64,000 bases of DNA from Chrysemys picta bellii (Eukaryota), in contig NC_088797.1 of assembly GCF_011386835.1 (NCBI RefSeq), forward strand, positions 109,058,001 through 109,122,000, written 5' to 3'. The first letter of the stretch is position 1. The number at the start of each line of letters is the position of its first letter. Under the pieces are notes generated by a model, which did no database searches, was not told the origin of the DNA, and saw only the letters and a list, made by a program, of their open reading frames with translations. Below are positions 25,586-38,212 of the stretch, piece by piece. Position numbers and translations under genes: made by a program.

Positions 25586-27502
25586 GAAGCATGCTCCGTG
25601 TGGATGGACTCTTGGAAGACTTTTTTTAGCTGCAAAATTCTAAGTTTCTACTGAGCATGTGCTTAGAACTTGGCCAAATTTGGGTACAGTTTCACAGGAA
25701 CAGCCAAAGGCACATCCTGACACAGGCCACTCTCCAGACAAGTTTCAAATCACTGCTCCGGGGGCACTCGAGCGTCCTAAGGAAAAGGTCTTTTTTTTTT
25801 TAATTTAACATTTCAAAGCAAAATATTTCCCCCTAGCTTTGTTCTCAGAAATGGCTCAACTGCTTTGGTTGAAGTTTCCAAAATAATTTAGCCTGAGCCA
25901 GATACCCAGCATGAAAAATTTCAGTACGCATGGTTTACATTTGGCTTAGTTATAAATGACTGAAAATAAGGTCTTATAAGGGGCAATGTCAGGTACTTTA
26001 ATAGGCAGCAGTACCAGCTCCAACTATGATTTGGCCCTTTTATCATGGCCTTCTATGGGAAAACCCATGGAAAGGTAACATTTTCTATAAAACTCTGAAA
26101 AGTTCTCTCTGCTACAGCTGTGCTACTTCATACCTTTGGTGAACTGAAGACGGAGGCCTTGCAGAAAGTGCAGGAGGTCTGTAATATCCATGTAGGCTTA
26201 AAACCAGTGCTTCTGTGGCTAATGTGCCAAACTCCTGGGTTTCTGTCCCTTTTTGCACCAGGGCCAATTAATGTAACCTCCTGACACTAGTTCCCACAAC
26301 ACAGCTACATGTTGCTACCTTCTTTCCAGGAGTTTTAATGCTCTTCCAAACACTAATTAGTGGCAAAGAAATTGGTGACCTATCCCAGGAGCTATCCCAT
26401 GAAGACATGTTAAGCTGCTGCTCCTTGGCTTCCCTAACTCTAACTAGGCAAGCTCCTCCTACCCCTACTCCCAACACAGCCCAAGTGTGCAATGCTCACA
26501 AAGAGCTCTCAGGGTAAGATTGGGAGGCACCATTTCTCTGTGTGTCGGCCTCCCATCTACACCATGCCACAGTGGGGAATGTTGGCAGATATATTTTGCC
26601 AAGAAGAGACAGAATAAAAAGTTGAATTAAATGTTGGGCCTACAACTGTTGGCAGTGTCCCATACAGATGGTATCCAAATGCAAAGGTATCAAATGCAAG
26701 TCAGAGGAGATTATTCCATTTTAAAGGTATTAGTAAAATCACACAAAAACATGCTCAGTCCTTATAACAGTTTAGAGATTTATTCTTTTTCATATAAAAG
26801 TACAATGGAAATAAAAAAACGTGAGGAACTAAGAAAAGTTGGAAAAAGAAAAATACAGGGGAAACGATTTACTTATTTTCAGAAGAAGTGACTAATAGGT
26901 GACCTCACTGAATAAGAATAAATTCTGTTGGGAGGAGGAAAGATAGAGGCTAACGGATTATTTGAGCTTGTATTAAATGCAGCAAAAGAAATACACAGCC
27001 CAAACTAATGCTAATAACCATTATGACCCAAAGGCATTTAAGTGCCTAATCTTTACAAAAGTTTATGAGATAAATATATTACTCAGCATTAGGAAATGTA
27101 AACCATAAAGAAATGCTGTACAGAATGTATCCTTGAAACATACCATTTGGAAAAATTCCTCATGATAAAAATAAGAAATAATTGAAAATGGCAGAATCCT
27201 TCAGAGCAGTAGAACTTTTAAAGTATGTCTGATGTCAGTCATGCAAATTTAAAAAGTCTTGGACTTAAGCCCAAAATATTTTTCCATCTTAGTCAGAAGT
27301 GACAGAACCCCACCACACACCACTGCTCAGCTGCACTCACACCAGCCGATCATTCATCTCACTCTTATCTTCTTGAGACACCATCTTCCTTCCTATCCAC
27401 TCCCCTCATCTCTCACTTCCTTCACTTCCTTCTCTAATGAAATCCTTCCCTCTCTTCTGCTACTTTTGTGTGTGCTGTAAATAATATATCAAACTCATAC
27501 CT

Positions 27503-27702
27503 TTTTCGCCTTCCTCCGCAGCATGGGGCGGGGATCGCTAGCTGGAGGATTCTCTGCTAATTGAAGTCTCTAAACCACAGGATTTGGGGACTTCAACAGC
27601 AGAGTCAAGGGGAAGGGTTGGGACAGCTTTGTGGCCTGCGTCATGCAGGAGGTCAGACTAGATGATCATAATGGTCCCTTCTGACCTTGAAGTCTATGAG
27701 TC
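27503..27702 (+). mobile_element. CR1 3' UTR fragment
   Basis: caggaggtcagactagatgatcataatggtcccttctgaccttgaagtctatgagtc CR1 3' terminus. Confidence 0.85.
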
Positions 27703-28659
27703 AATGTTAGGCAAATAAAATCTATGGCAAATTTTCCTGAAAAAGAGTTTTAAATTCAGCTGAATGGAAAAAGGTGAGGTAATACTATATTAATGGACAG
27801 TGACTCAAATTTAAAGACAAGGCAGGTTATTTTTTGTTTGGTTTGTTTTTAGAAACATGGACCAACCGCTGTGGTACAAAAGTTCAAGATATATTAGGAC
27901 AGATCATTAGTAATATAAAGTGGTGAATTTCATTAACTTCATTGGAGCTATACCGAATTATGCTAGCTGAGGATCTGGCCAATAGTATCCCCTGATCAAT
28001 GGAGCCAGGCTTTTCATGACCCAGATTAACTATGATTTCCACCTGAAATACTATTTAAATATTGTTTTTCAGCTAACATATCAGCAGGTCTATATACAGT
28101 AAATTATAAATATGCAGCTGTCTTCAGTTTCTTATTGTGAATGATGGTGTTATCTTCCTATACAATATTTCTCATTGTAACTTCCAAACAGTTGGATGAT
28201 ATTTTTTTTTCAAGTAAACTAAAATCATTTGCTATTAGTTCACTATTCTCTGTAACTATTGTTCAAGTCACTGACATCCTCCCAGTACCTGAGGGATCCT
28301 GCTAGATTCAGTAAAGTTTAAATTGAATTTAATTTTATATTTAAAGCTTCTGTGACCTTTTTCAACATATAGATGATAAAAATACTTTCACACATGGATA
28401 TATCAAATGACATGTCCACCTAGGCATGCTAATAAAACTACATTGCTCTGTTACTGCTTGCCTCCAGCTATATTAGCTGTCTGCTTGCCTTGTGCGTGAG
28501 TTATAAATAGCCACAGATTGCATACTCACTGTCTGGTTACATTGAACAAACCATGATTTTAATTCCCTTAAACAAGACTTTCTCAGGATGCCGGTTTATC
28601 CAGAAAGTTTAGTGTTACCTGTTTATTTGTTTTTTCTTATATAGATTTAAGATTACTAA

Positions 28660-28977
28660 AGCCTGGTCTACACTACAGGGTTAGGTCAACATAAGCTGCC
28701 TTGCATTGACCTACCTGTGGAAGTGTCTTCACTTAAATTTGGCTCCCGCTGACGTAAGTGCCTCTCTCTGCTGATTTAGTAACACCACCTCCGCAAGTAG
28801 CATAAAGTCACAGTCAGTGTAATTAGGTTGACACAGTGTCAGAGTAGACACTGCAATGCTTACGTCAATTGTTATGGGCTTTCAGGAGCCATCCCACAAT
28901 GCCCCACACTGACAATACAATCATACTATATGCTGACGTAAGTTAGGTTGACATAATTGTGTAGCGTAGACATGGCC
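28660..28977. mobile_element. PIF/Harbinger-type MITE
   Basis: AGCCTGGTCTACACTAC / GTAGCGTAGACATGGCC TIRs; TAA on both flanks. Confidence 0.85.
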
Positions 28978-29332
28978 TAAGGAAAACACCCAAACCATGA
29001 AATAATTTAACATGAAACAAACAGTGCAATTCAAGGGGCACTTTCATGTAATTAAGAAACCTGCTTTCACAAAATAATCCTGCACACCTTTTGGTAGAGC
29101 TAGTTGAACTATTTTATGTTCTGATCTGATAGCATTTTACAACCATCTGTCTGACTTGTATATAAATTGAAAGGCAGCAATGAATCTGGCCCAATGACTG
29201 TTAAAAGTTGGTTAGTTTGGGTTGATTATTATTTGTATTAGTGACCTAAAGGTCCTAACCAAGACCAAGGACCCATGGTGCTAAGTACTATATACACACA
29301 AAAATAAGACACGCCCTGAGCCAAAGAACTTA

Positions 29333-29612
29333 GGGTACATCTATACTTACCTCAGGGTCCGGCGGTAAGCAGTCGATCTTCTGGGATCGATTTATTGCGT
29401 CTTGTCTAGACATGATAAACCGATCCCGGAAGTGCTCACCGTCGACGCCGGTACTCCTGCTCCGCGAGAGGAGTACGCGGAGTCGACGGGGGAGCCTGCC
29501 TGCCACGTGAGGACCAGCTGTAAGTTCGAACTAAGATACTTCGACTTCAGCTACGTTATTCACGTAGCTGAAGTTGCGTATCTTAGTTCGAAGTGGGGGG
29601 TTAGTGTGGTCT
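29333..29612. mobile_element. CpG-rich PIF/Harbinger-type MITE
   Basis: GGGTACATCTATACT start; interior shares gtcgat/cagctacg/gatacgc-like motifs with 14663-14949. Confidence 0.75.
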
Positions 29613-29682
29613 AAATAGACAAGAAAAAGGGAGGGGATTATCTCTATTGTACAAATGAGGAACTAAGGCACAGAAGGTTTAA

Positions 29683-30782
29683 GACCCTGATCCACAAAAG
29701 GTATTTAGGCTTCTAAACACCAGGCAAAGGACTAAATTTAGGGGTTAGGCACTTAAGTCCCATTGTTAGGCTCCAGGGTGATCCACAAAACCCCGCTAAA
29801 CCCTGTGGGTGCCTAAATTCACTTGGTGCCCATGTTTTCAGGGTAAAAGTTCCCTTGGTGCCTATGTTTCTGCCTTTGGGCATGCATGCTGCTGCCTAAC
29901 TCTGGGTTTTCAGACACCTATCTTCTGCCTAAACCCCAGAGTGATCCACAAAGATAGGCATTCATCTGCTTAATTCACATGCAGGGCCCAGCTGGTAGGA
30001 ATGCTCAGAGGCCGGCTACTTGATTGGATCCCATTCAAAATCTAATCAGAGGAGGAAGAGATGGTAGCAGCGGTGTTGCCTACCTTATAACTTTTTGTCC
30101 AGTAGCTAAAGCACTCACCTGGGAGGTGGGAGACCCAGGGTCCAGTCCCCCTGCTCTAATCACTAATTATTTATCCACAGTGGAACAGCTTAAACAGGAG
30201 AGATTGAGGGATCACCACATCAGAATGTCTCATAGTCAAGTGGTTAGAGCACTCTCCTGAGAGGTGGAAGACCCCAGTTGAAATCCTTTCTCCCCCTCAG
30301 ATGGGTTGAGGGGAATTGTACCTGGGTCTCCCACATCCCAGGCAAGTGCGCTAACCACTGGCTAAAAGTTATAAAGTGGGCACCACCTCCTCCTCCCACC
30401 ATTTTGTGTGAAGTGAGGCAGGTATCTAACTCATTCCCACAAGACACTAATTAGGCCTAAACCACCTGACTCTAGGAGATGGGTTCCTGTTCCTGGATCA
30501 TTAAGCAAAGACAGGCCCCTCCCTACAGACGAGACTTGGGCACTTATCTCCATGAGAGGCACCAGGCTTAGGACACAGACACCCCTCTTGTCAGCATACT
30601 CATTGGTTATCTTAGGTGGATCCCCGTGCTATTTTTTGTGGATCTCATTCTAAGGTGCCTATTACTCTCCAGTCATTGTATGGGGAGCCTGACTTTGTGG
30701 ATTGCAGTGGTGTTCCTGTGATTTTCTAGGCACGGTAACACTTAGCCTTGCGCCAGCTAAGCTCCTTTGTGGCTCTGGGGTC
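29683..30782. mobile_element. 1.1-kb non-autonomous DNA transposon (TAA TSD, PIF-like) inserted in a MIR-like SINE
   Basis: GACCCTGATCCACAAA / TTTGTGGCTCTGGGGTC TIRs; TAA at 29680-29682 and 30783-30785; flanks rejoin as MIR-like aggtttaa|gtgaattaccc. Confidence 0.75.
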
Positions 30783-30884
30783 TAAGTGAATTACCCAAAG
30801 CCATGGAGGTTATCTGTGACAAAGCCGGGAATTGAACCTAGATCTTCTGAGTCACAATTAAGTGCCTTAAACACATGCTCATCC

Positions 30885-31560
30885 TACACAGAGGTGGGAT
30901 TTTTTCCATTAGAATGGTTTGACTGAAAATGTAATATCCATTTAAAAAAAAAATCAGAATTTCAGACAATGTTGATTTTTCCAGAATTTTCAATTTTCCT
31001 TTGGGAAAAGCTAAATGGAATGTTTCATTTGAGGTCAATCTGAATAAAAATTGTGTTTGGGTCAGTTTGATATTAATCTCAATAACTGCGAGAGCAACCG
31101 CAGTGCCTCTTGGGAGTTGTAGTACAATTGATTTATGCCACATTGTCCCCTATGGGCTGGGATTCCCAGCTAAACAATGCCTCCTATGATGCCCTGCGGT
31201 GGCTCAGCCAGGGAGAGAGACTGCAGTACATCGTGGGAGATGTACTCCAGCCAGGTAGCCTGGCCCATAGGGCAAAATGGGGGCATGAAGCACTTGAACT
31301 ACAACTCCCATGTGGCACTGCTGTGGCTCAGGGAGCCTTGGAGATAAATGTTTTGTTTTAGGTCAAACAACCCAAAATTAAACATTTTGATTCTGAAATG
31401 TTTTGGTTTGCTCAAATGTCAGCATCATTTCTGAATTGAACATTCCGAATTGAACATTCCGAATTTTTTGTTCTGTGAAAAATTGATATTTTTGAATTTT
31501 CATCACTATATGGGACAAAAAAAAAGTCAAAATATCAGAATTTCCCACATGACAGAGGGT
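30885..31560. mobile_element. Degenerate palindromic non-autonomous element with AT-rich arms
   Basis: Central inverted pair TGGGAGTTGTAGT (31111-31123) / ACTACAACTCCCA (31298-31310); AT-rich arms; ends unresolved. Confidence 0.45.
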
Positions 31561-32162
31561 AAATATTTGATAATAAATAATATTCATAGAGTAGTTTTCG
31601 GCCTGTTGGTTGTTTACAGATTATTCACTTTCAATATTTGGTAGCCTGTATTCATTATTTGTGCTGTTTTGCTGGTCACCTAAATCACATTATATAGTTT
31701 TCTTCCAGACTATATGATTGAAGATTTTTTTTTTATAAATTAGGCTAATGAATGTTGAATAATAAACTGTATTCTTTCTTTGAGTTTGGGGAACAATAAT
31801 TTGTGCTAAAATTCTTAGCATGTTCCGAGTTCACATGTATCCATGTATCTGAATACTAGTGAATGATGTATAATATGACCCTACAAAGTACAGCTGAACT
31901 TGTGGTCATATTTGTGAATCAGCTTTAAAACTATTTAACCTGCTCAGCCTTGAACGCCTAACCATCTGGGAACTATGAGCCTGTGCCAAAGCCCATTACA
32001 TTGTAGCTCAAAACCACCTCTACTTTAGATAACTGGTTAAGAGAAAATGTTCACTGGTTACATCATGGTATCAAGAGCCAAAAGTTTTAGATTCCAGATC
32101 TGCTATTAACTCAAGGTGTGACCTTAAGCAAGTCAGTTAACCTCGTTTTGCTGTTACTGCTC

Positions 32163-33068
32163 AAGAAAGATCTTGGAGTCATCGTGTATAGTAGGGTGAC
32201 CAGATGTCCCGATTTTATAGGGACAGTCCTGATTTTGGGGACTTTTTCTCACATAGGCACCTATTACCTCCTCTCCCCCCGCGTCCCAATTTTTGACACT
32301 TGCTATCTGGTCAGCCTAGTGTATAGTTCTCTGAAAACATCTGCTCAATGTGCAGTGGCAGTCAAAAAAGCTAACAACGTTAGGAACTATTAAGAAAATA
32401 TCTATCCTTTTCCAGCTTATTATCATAATGCTGCTATATAAATCTATGGTACACCCACACCTTGAATACTGCATGCAGTTCTGGTCATCCCATCTCAAAA
32501 AGATAGAATAGAATAGGAAAAAGTATAGCTTCTGTAGGAGGAGAGATGAAAAAGACTGGGATTTTTCAGCTTGGAAAAGAGACAGCTTAAGAAGGGTTAT
32601 GATAGAGGTCTATAAAATCTTGACTGGCAGGGAGAAAAGGTGTTATTTATTCCTTCACATAGACACAAGATCCAGGAGTCTCCCTATTAAATTAATAGGC
32701 AGTAGCTTTAAAAACAAACATAAGGAAGTACTTTTTCACACAATGCACAGGGTACCTGTGGAACTCATTGCCAGGGGATGATGTGAAGGCCAAAACTATA
32801 AGAGTTCAAAAAAGAACTAGGTAAATTCATGGAGGATAGGTCCATCAGTGGCTATTAGCTAGGCTGGGCAGGGATGCTAAACCATGGTCTGACGTGTCCC
32901 TGCCCTCTGTTTGCCAGAAGCTCAGAATGGATGACCAGGGATGGATCATTCAATGAATGCCTTGGTGTTCATTCCATCTGAAGCATCTGCCATTGCCCAC
33001 CGTTGGAAGACAAGATACTGGGCTAGATGGACAATTGGTCTGATGCAGTATGGCTGGTCTAATGTTTT
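32163..33068 (+). mobile_element. CR1 LINE 3' portion
   Basis: KKDLGVIV..SLKTSAQCAVAVKKAN, HLEYCMQFWSSHLKK, MIEVYKILTG motifs and CR1 3' UTR. Confidence 0.92.
32192..32318. mobile_element. hAT MITE (127 bp) inside CR1
   Basis: TAGGGTGACCAGAT / ATCTGGTCAGCCTA TIR; perfect TSD GTGTATAG; same family as 24031-24159, opposite orientation. Confidence 0.95.
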
Positions 33069-33292
33069 GTGCCTCAGTTTACCCAATTGTAAAATGGAGA
33101 TATTTCAGAGCTGTCATTTAGAAACATTGTTTCTAACATTTTTGAGATCTCCAGTTGCAAGTCCAATTTTTACTATTGTTCATTCATACTATTATCAATA
33201 TCGAACCCATTCAAAGGCTAAGTCAGCATCTTCCTTTAAGTTTGCTTTTTCTTTCCTACCTTAATAGTGGGGCATTGGATCAGCATTCACAT

Positions 33293-33706
33293 CATAGGCA
33301 CAGACTTCCTCTCTACCCAGGGGGTGCTCCACACCCCCTCCTCTGCCCCAGGCCCCTCTCCCATTCTACTCCTTCCCCTAAACCCCCACCCATGACCACC
33401 TCTTCCCACCCTTGCTCTGCCCCCATTCCACCCCTTCCCCCAAGGCCCCCCCCGCTCCACCTCTTCCTGCCCCCTCCCCCTGAACGCACCCTGTCCCCGC
33501 TCCGCCTCCTTCCCAGCACCTCCTCATGCTGAGGAACAGTGGGTGGGAGGTGCTGGGAGGGAGCGGGAGAAGTTGATCAGCGGGGCTGCTGGTGGAGGAA
33601 GATCCTGGGGGCAGGGAGGAGCTGGCTGCCCATGGGTGCTAAGCACCAACGAATTTTTTTCCATAGGTGCTTCAGCCCTGGAGCACCCACAGAGTCGGCG
33701 CCTAGG
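33293..33706. mobile_element. GC-rich hAT MITE
   Basis: CATAGGCACAGACT / AGTCGGCGCCTAGG TIR; perfect TSD ATTCACAT. Confidence 0.92.
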
Positions 33707-33714
33707 ATTCACAT

Positions 33715-35476
33715 TGCAGCCTCCATTAGTACCTGGCTAATCCCAAGGAAGCTAATGACAACCTAGCAGACCAAACTGAGTGAATCCCAGTCACTTGCCA
33801 ACCGTCACCCCCAACGTGGTGCCATTCCCTGGCTTTGTAATTATCGTCTCAGTTTTAAGAGTTCTCCAACCCAACGTTGAGGGTTTCTCGGCACCCAAGC
33901 AGGGCGCAATCAACTAAATCACTCATCAGCACAGCATCAACATTGCCTGCCTGCAGGATATGCCACCGATGGATTTGATCTTGTGTGTCACACTACACAT
34001 GCCAAACACAGTCAAGCAACGTATGTTCATTCAGACATCTGAAGCTGCTCCACTGTCAACTACTGCAGCATTATTCAGGTTGGCAGCTTCCAAGTTGTAA
34101 ATGTATACGACCCACGATGTGCGAACTGGGAACAGCCAGTTTTACCCATTCACTCACCCAGCAGTGTATGTGGGCAATTTCAACAGCCACCACATTGATG
34201 GTGAGCGACTGGTGGAGTGAGTATTAAACAACCACCTTGTTCCCATCCATGATTCCCAGTCCCAAAAAAGGGTACATTTCACTCAGCAAGATGGTCATGT
34301 GGTTACTCACCTGACCTCTGCTGGGTGACATCACTAGATGGTCACCCCCAACCAGCATCGTGTGTGGTCCAGAACAACTTTCCACATAGTCACCACAGAC
34401 CATCCATGTCTCCCTTCAGCTGCCCATTGTTAGAAGCTTAAACAAAAGATGGAATTTTAGGAAAACTAATTGGGAGAAATTCAGCAAAACTCAAATGAAG
34501 CATTGTTACCATCCCGTTGTATTTCATCCCAATCAACGAAGCCTACAATCATTTCTGTGGAGCCATCTTCAAAGCCGCATGTGTGTCCATTTCACAAGGC
34601 TATCACCCTGTCTACATTCCTTGTTTTGGATGCCAAATGTTCTACTGAAGCAGCAGGTATCTGGAGACCCAGATATGGCTGACCACCTAATACAGCATCT
34701 AAGGACTCTGAGATGAGCAAGATGGGAGAAAACAGGGAATATGAATTTCACCCATTGCAGCTGGAAATCTTGGAAACTTCTGCATTGACTAGGCACTGTA
34801 CAACAGCCACCAGGGCTGCCCTGTCCTCCTTTCACTCCAAACCAAGTCACTAGCCAATTGTTTCAGGTTGCAAAGGTTCTCCTGAATAAGCTCATAAAAT
34901 GGCAGATTCACGATGAATGGTGGCAATTCAGATGCAGTAATCAGCTTCGTTAGTACATTGTGCCATTCACAAGCACTGAACTAGACACTGTACTGAGCAA
35001 CATCAAACCTGGAATGGCAGTGAGATACGACAACATTTCTCCAGAATTCCTGAAACACCTTGGAATCAATGCCTGTCAATAGTTATCCAAATTCCCGGTG
35101 CAAATTATCAATGAGGATAACTTTACCAAGGATCTGGAGAATGTCAAAAGTGTAACATCCAAAAATATTTAAATAAGTGGTATTCTATTATTGTTTAATT
35201 GTGATTAATCGCACGGTTAATTTTTTTAATCGCTTGACAGCTCTAATCAACATTATTCCTATATATGGACCGTTACACAATTGGCAGCCAAGGAATATGT
35301 GCTGCAAACATCAACACATGGGGTCTGCATGACAACCCACTTTGTCAGTCAATGGCACATGCTGGTGACGAATGTCAACTAACCAGACTTCATTTTGATC
35401 TTAGGGCCTTTCATTTTGCTGATGAAGCTGCAGTCAGGTGGCTTGGCAAGCACTGCGAATGCTAGAAGAATAAACT
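33715..35476 (+). mobile_element. Vingi/Ingi-like (I-group) LINE relic with internal deletion
   Basis: APE motifs LRVLQPNVEG, VVNVY, VYVGNFNSHH; RT start DNISPEFLKHLG; 3' zinc-knuckle relic G(L)HDNPLC..SMAH..DEC and AAVRWL; many frameshifts. Confidence 0.68.
35153..35245. mobile_element. Single hAT transposon end
   Basis: Reverse complement TAGAGCTGTCAAGCGATTAAAAAAAATTAACCG; no second end visible. Confidence 0.7.
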
Positions 35477-37189
35477 CAGTCTTTCAAAGGGAGTAGATAA
35501 GCCCATGTCTATAGCAAAAATGTGTGGGATTTGTAATCAATTCACACTGCCCATATAGACACCGAGATTGTTCATGAATGTTTGAGGCTGTCAGTGGTTT
35601 AAAGGGCTGCACATTCAATATTTGCTATGCAAATCTATAGGAATGGCACCATCTGCAAAATTGTTTTCATGTCTTAAAATAACATATGAAATATCAAATC
35701 ACAGCACATTATGCTGTTCAGTAATATGGTTTGTTGCTTCATTTCAAGCATTATGCCATGTCATATGTTAATGATGAAAATTTTTCAAAAGTGTCTCTCT
35801 CCAATGACAGCAACCAGCTATGTCTTCTATTACTCGTGAGTCTGATTGTCCTAAATTTGCTGAGATATCAGAGGTCCTGTGATGTACAGAGTGATTTTTT
35901 TTTTTGAGGAAAGCTTAATGATTGTCACATGATTTTCAAGGCTAGTGGAAGAAGTTACCAAAGTGGGGAAAAAAGAATACTGGGTGGCAGTTATTTTTCT
36001 GTGTTAGCTGAAGTGTGTTGATATTAACATAGCTAAAATCAAAATCCCCATCTTCCTAAACCTTTTATTTTCCCTCTGTTACTACAGACAAAAACGTTAT
36101 CGTTTGTACTCCCCAAGTTCATCATTGTTGCGCTCTCTTTCCTTCTCCTCACACACCAGGCTTAATCCTGTTGATACTTTCTATACAACACATCTGCAAC
36201 AAATGTCCCTTCCTATACAGCCAAGTCCCTGCACTATTGCTTTTTAAAAGCAAGCTTTTGCTATAGAAATTGATTGAAGGAGGGAGGGGGGAAATGAGGG
36301 ATGTAATAATATAGGGTTAATCAACTTTATATCTCAAAGTGCGGAAGGTATAATGAATGAATTTGGGAAGTATATATGCTTGATTGCAACTCTTTAATGC
36401 AAACACAATGGTAAAGCTCGATGAATTTCTGCTAGATAGATATAACTATTTAAAAAAAAAAGATTTATCTTAGATCACTAGACCTTAGGGAGTAGATTTT
36501 TTTAAACACAAAACCTATTGCGCACACATTCCCCCCCCCCCCCCCAGTACAGTTTTGAAATATTATCCTTGGATATTTTGCCAGCTTTTAGCTAAATCCA
36601 AAAAAAGCTTCCCTGCTGTAGTTTCCTGATCCATTTTTAGTTAACTTCAGCCTTTCAATTTATGGATTAATGCACAAGGAAGCAACCCATGCTGCTTCTG
36701 GAAACATTGTCATTTTTGTCAACACACAGTACCATATGTTGCCAATTTGTAAGTGACATAACAGGGTACTAGGTAATATAAATGAGACACTGTATCAGAG
36801 AGCATACAGTTTACAGTTTATCTTCTGTAATCAGAGGTGTGATTTGTCATCCCACGTTTGTCACTGATGCATAATCTCCATATAATTTTTGATTTACAGT
36901 GTACTTAACATTTATTTAACTTAATAAGCATAAGGAGAAGCACAACTTACATGGTAGGACTTACATGGTAGAGCCGATATGACTAAACAATTGCTTACAT
37001 TTTATAGCTTCTTTCATTCCAAAGGATACTAATAACATATCCAATAGCATACCTGGCAGCATTTGAAATCTATAGGGACAACTGGGGAGAAAAAATAGGG
37101 GCACTTTTTAAGCCATCAGAGATATACTGGATATAGAAAGATTTTCTTGAGGGTAGAGCCAGAGTCAACTGAGTAGCCACAGCATGAGA

Positions 37190-37355
37190 GGCACTATCAT
37201 TTAGTGACTAGGTACTGGACTGTGGCTCAGGAGACCTGAAATGAAATCCAAGCTTCACCAATATCAGTGCAGCCAGGATTTCACTCCTGGATTCTATTCC
37301 CTGCTCTGCCACTTAGCTGCTGTATGACCTTGGGCAAGTCATTTCATCTCTGTTT
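37190..37355 (+). mobile_element. MIR/CORE-type SINE relic
   Basis: gactgtggctcaggagacctg...tgtatgaccttgggcaagtcatttcatctctg. Confidence 0.65.
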
Positions 37356-38120
37356 TACCTCCCATCATTTGTCCATCTTGTCTATTTATATTCAAGGCAG
37401 GGATGGGATGGTCTCTTACTATGTAGACAATGGAGTGCTGATCTTGGTTGGGATCTCTAGGTGCTGCTATAATACAAATTATGCAGCAGCAGGTGTAAAT
37501 GTTGAACAGGTCCATTCAGCTGGCTCCTAAAGTAGAATACTTAACAATTTCATGGAGTGATGTTAGTCACAATTAAGCGAGAGCTTGGTCTGGAGACTTT
37601 CAAACCTAAATGCTCTGCTTGCTGATTTGGGAGTTAAGGACCTCTTTTCCTGCAACAGAATCTCCTTAGACTCCTCAGTGTCTGAAAGGAGTCAAATTAA
37701 TTCTACCACCAGAAAATGAGCTACCTTCCCCGAAAGTTATGGGACTCAGCACTGGGGCAGTTTACATTTAGGACCAGATCTCTGCAACCATAAGATATAC
37801 AACAATTATCTGGTTAAAGTTGATATTGCATCATTATTCTGTTTCATAGAAATGGCAGTACTATAGTTACACATCAGTTCTGCATTTGGATACCTGTAAA
37901 GGTCACTAATTCACACGTACCTGGAAGGTTCACTATATGACTTAACTTATTAATACCTCTCTGGTTTCATACTGAATGCATATAATTTTAAAAACCCAAG
38001 TCCACTAACTACATAGTATTTATACTATAAGCACTCTGAATCATGTAGTAAAACTTCCTGTCTTATGGACTAAAGGTATCAATGAGGAACCACAATGTAA
38101 TTACTCTTTAAATTAAAGCT

Positions 38121-38212
38121 ATGCATCCGAAGAAGTGAGGTTTTTACTCACGAAAGCTTATGCCCAAATAAATCTGTTAGTCTTTAAGGTGCCACCAGAC
38201 TCTTTGTTGTCT
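38121..38212 (+). mobile_element. Penelope pLTR remnant
   Basis: gcatccgaagaagtgagg..ctcacgaaagcttatgcccaaataaatctgttagtctttaaggtgccaccagactc. Confidence 0.85.
38123..38163 (+). ncRNA. Minimal type I hammerhead ribozyme-like motif
   Basis: Stem I GCAT/ATGC, core CCGAAGA(+A), stem II GTGAG/CTCAC, GAAA, palindromic AAGCTT stem III. Confidence 0.6.
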
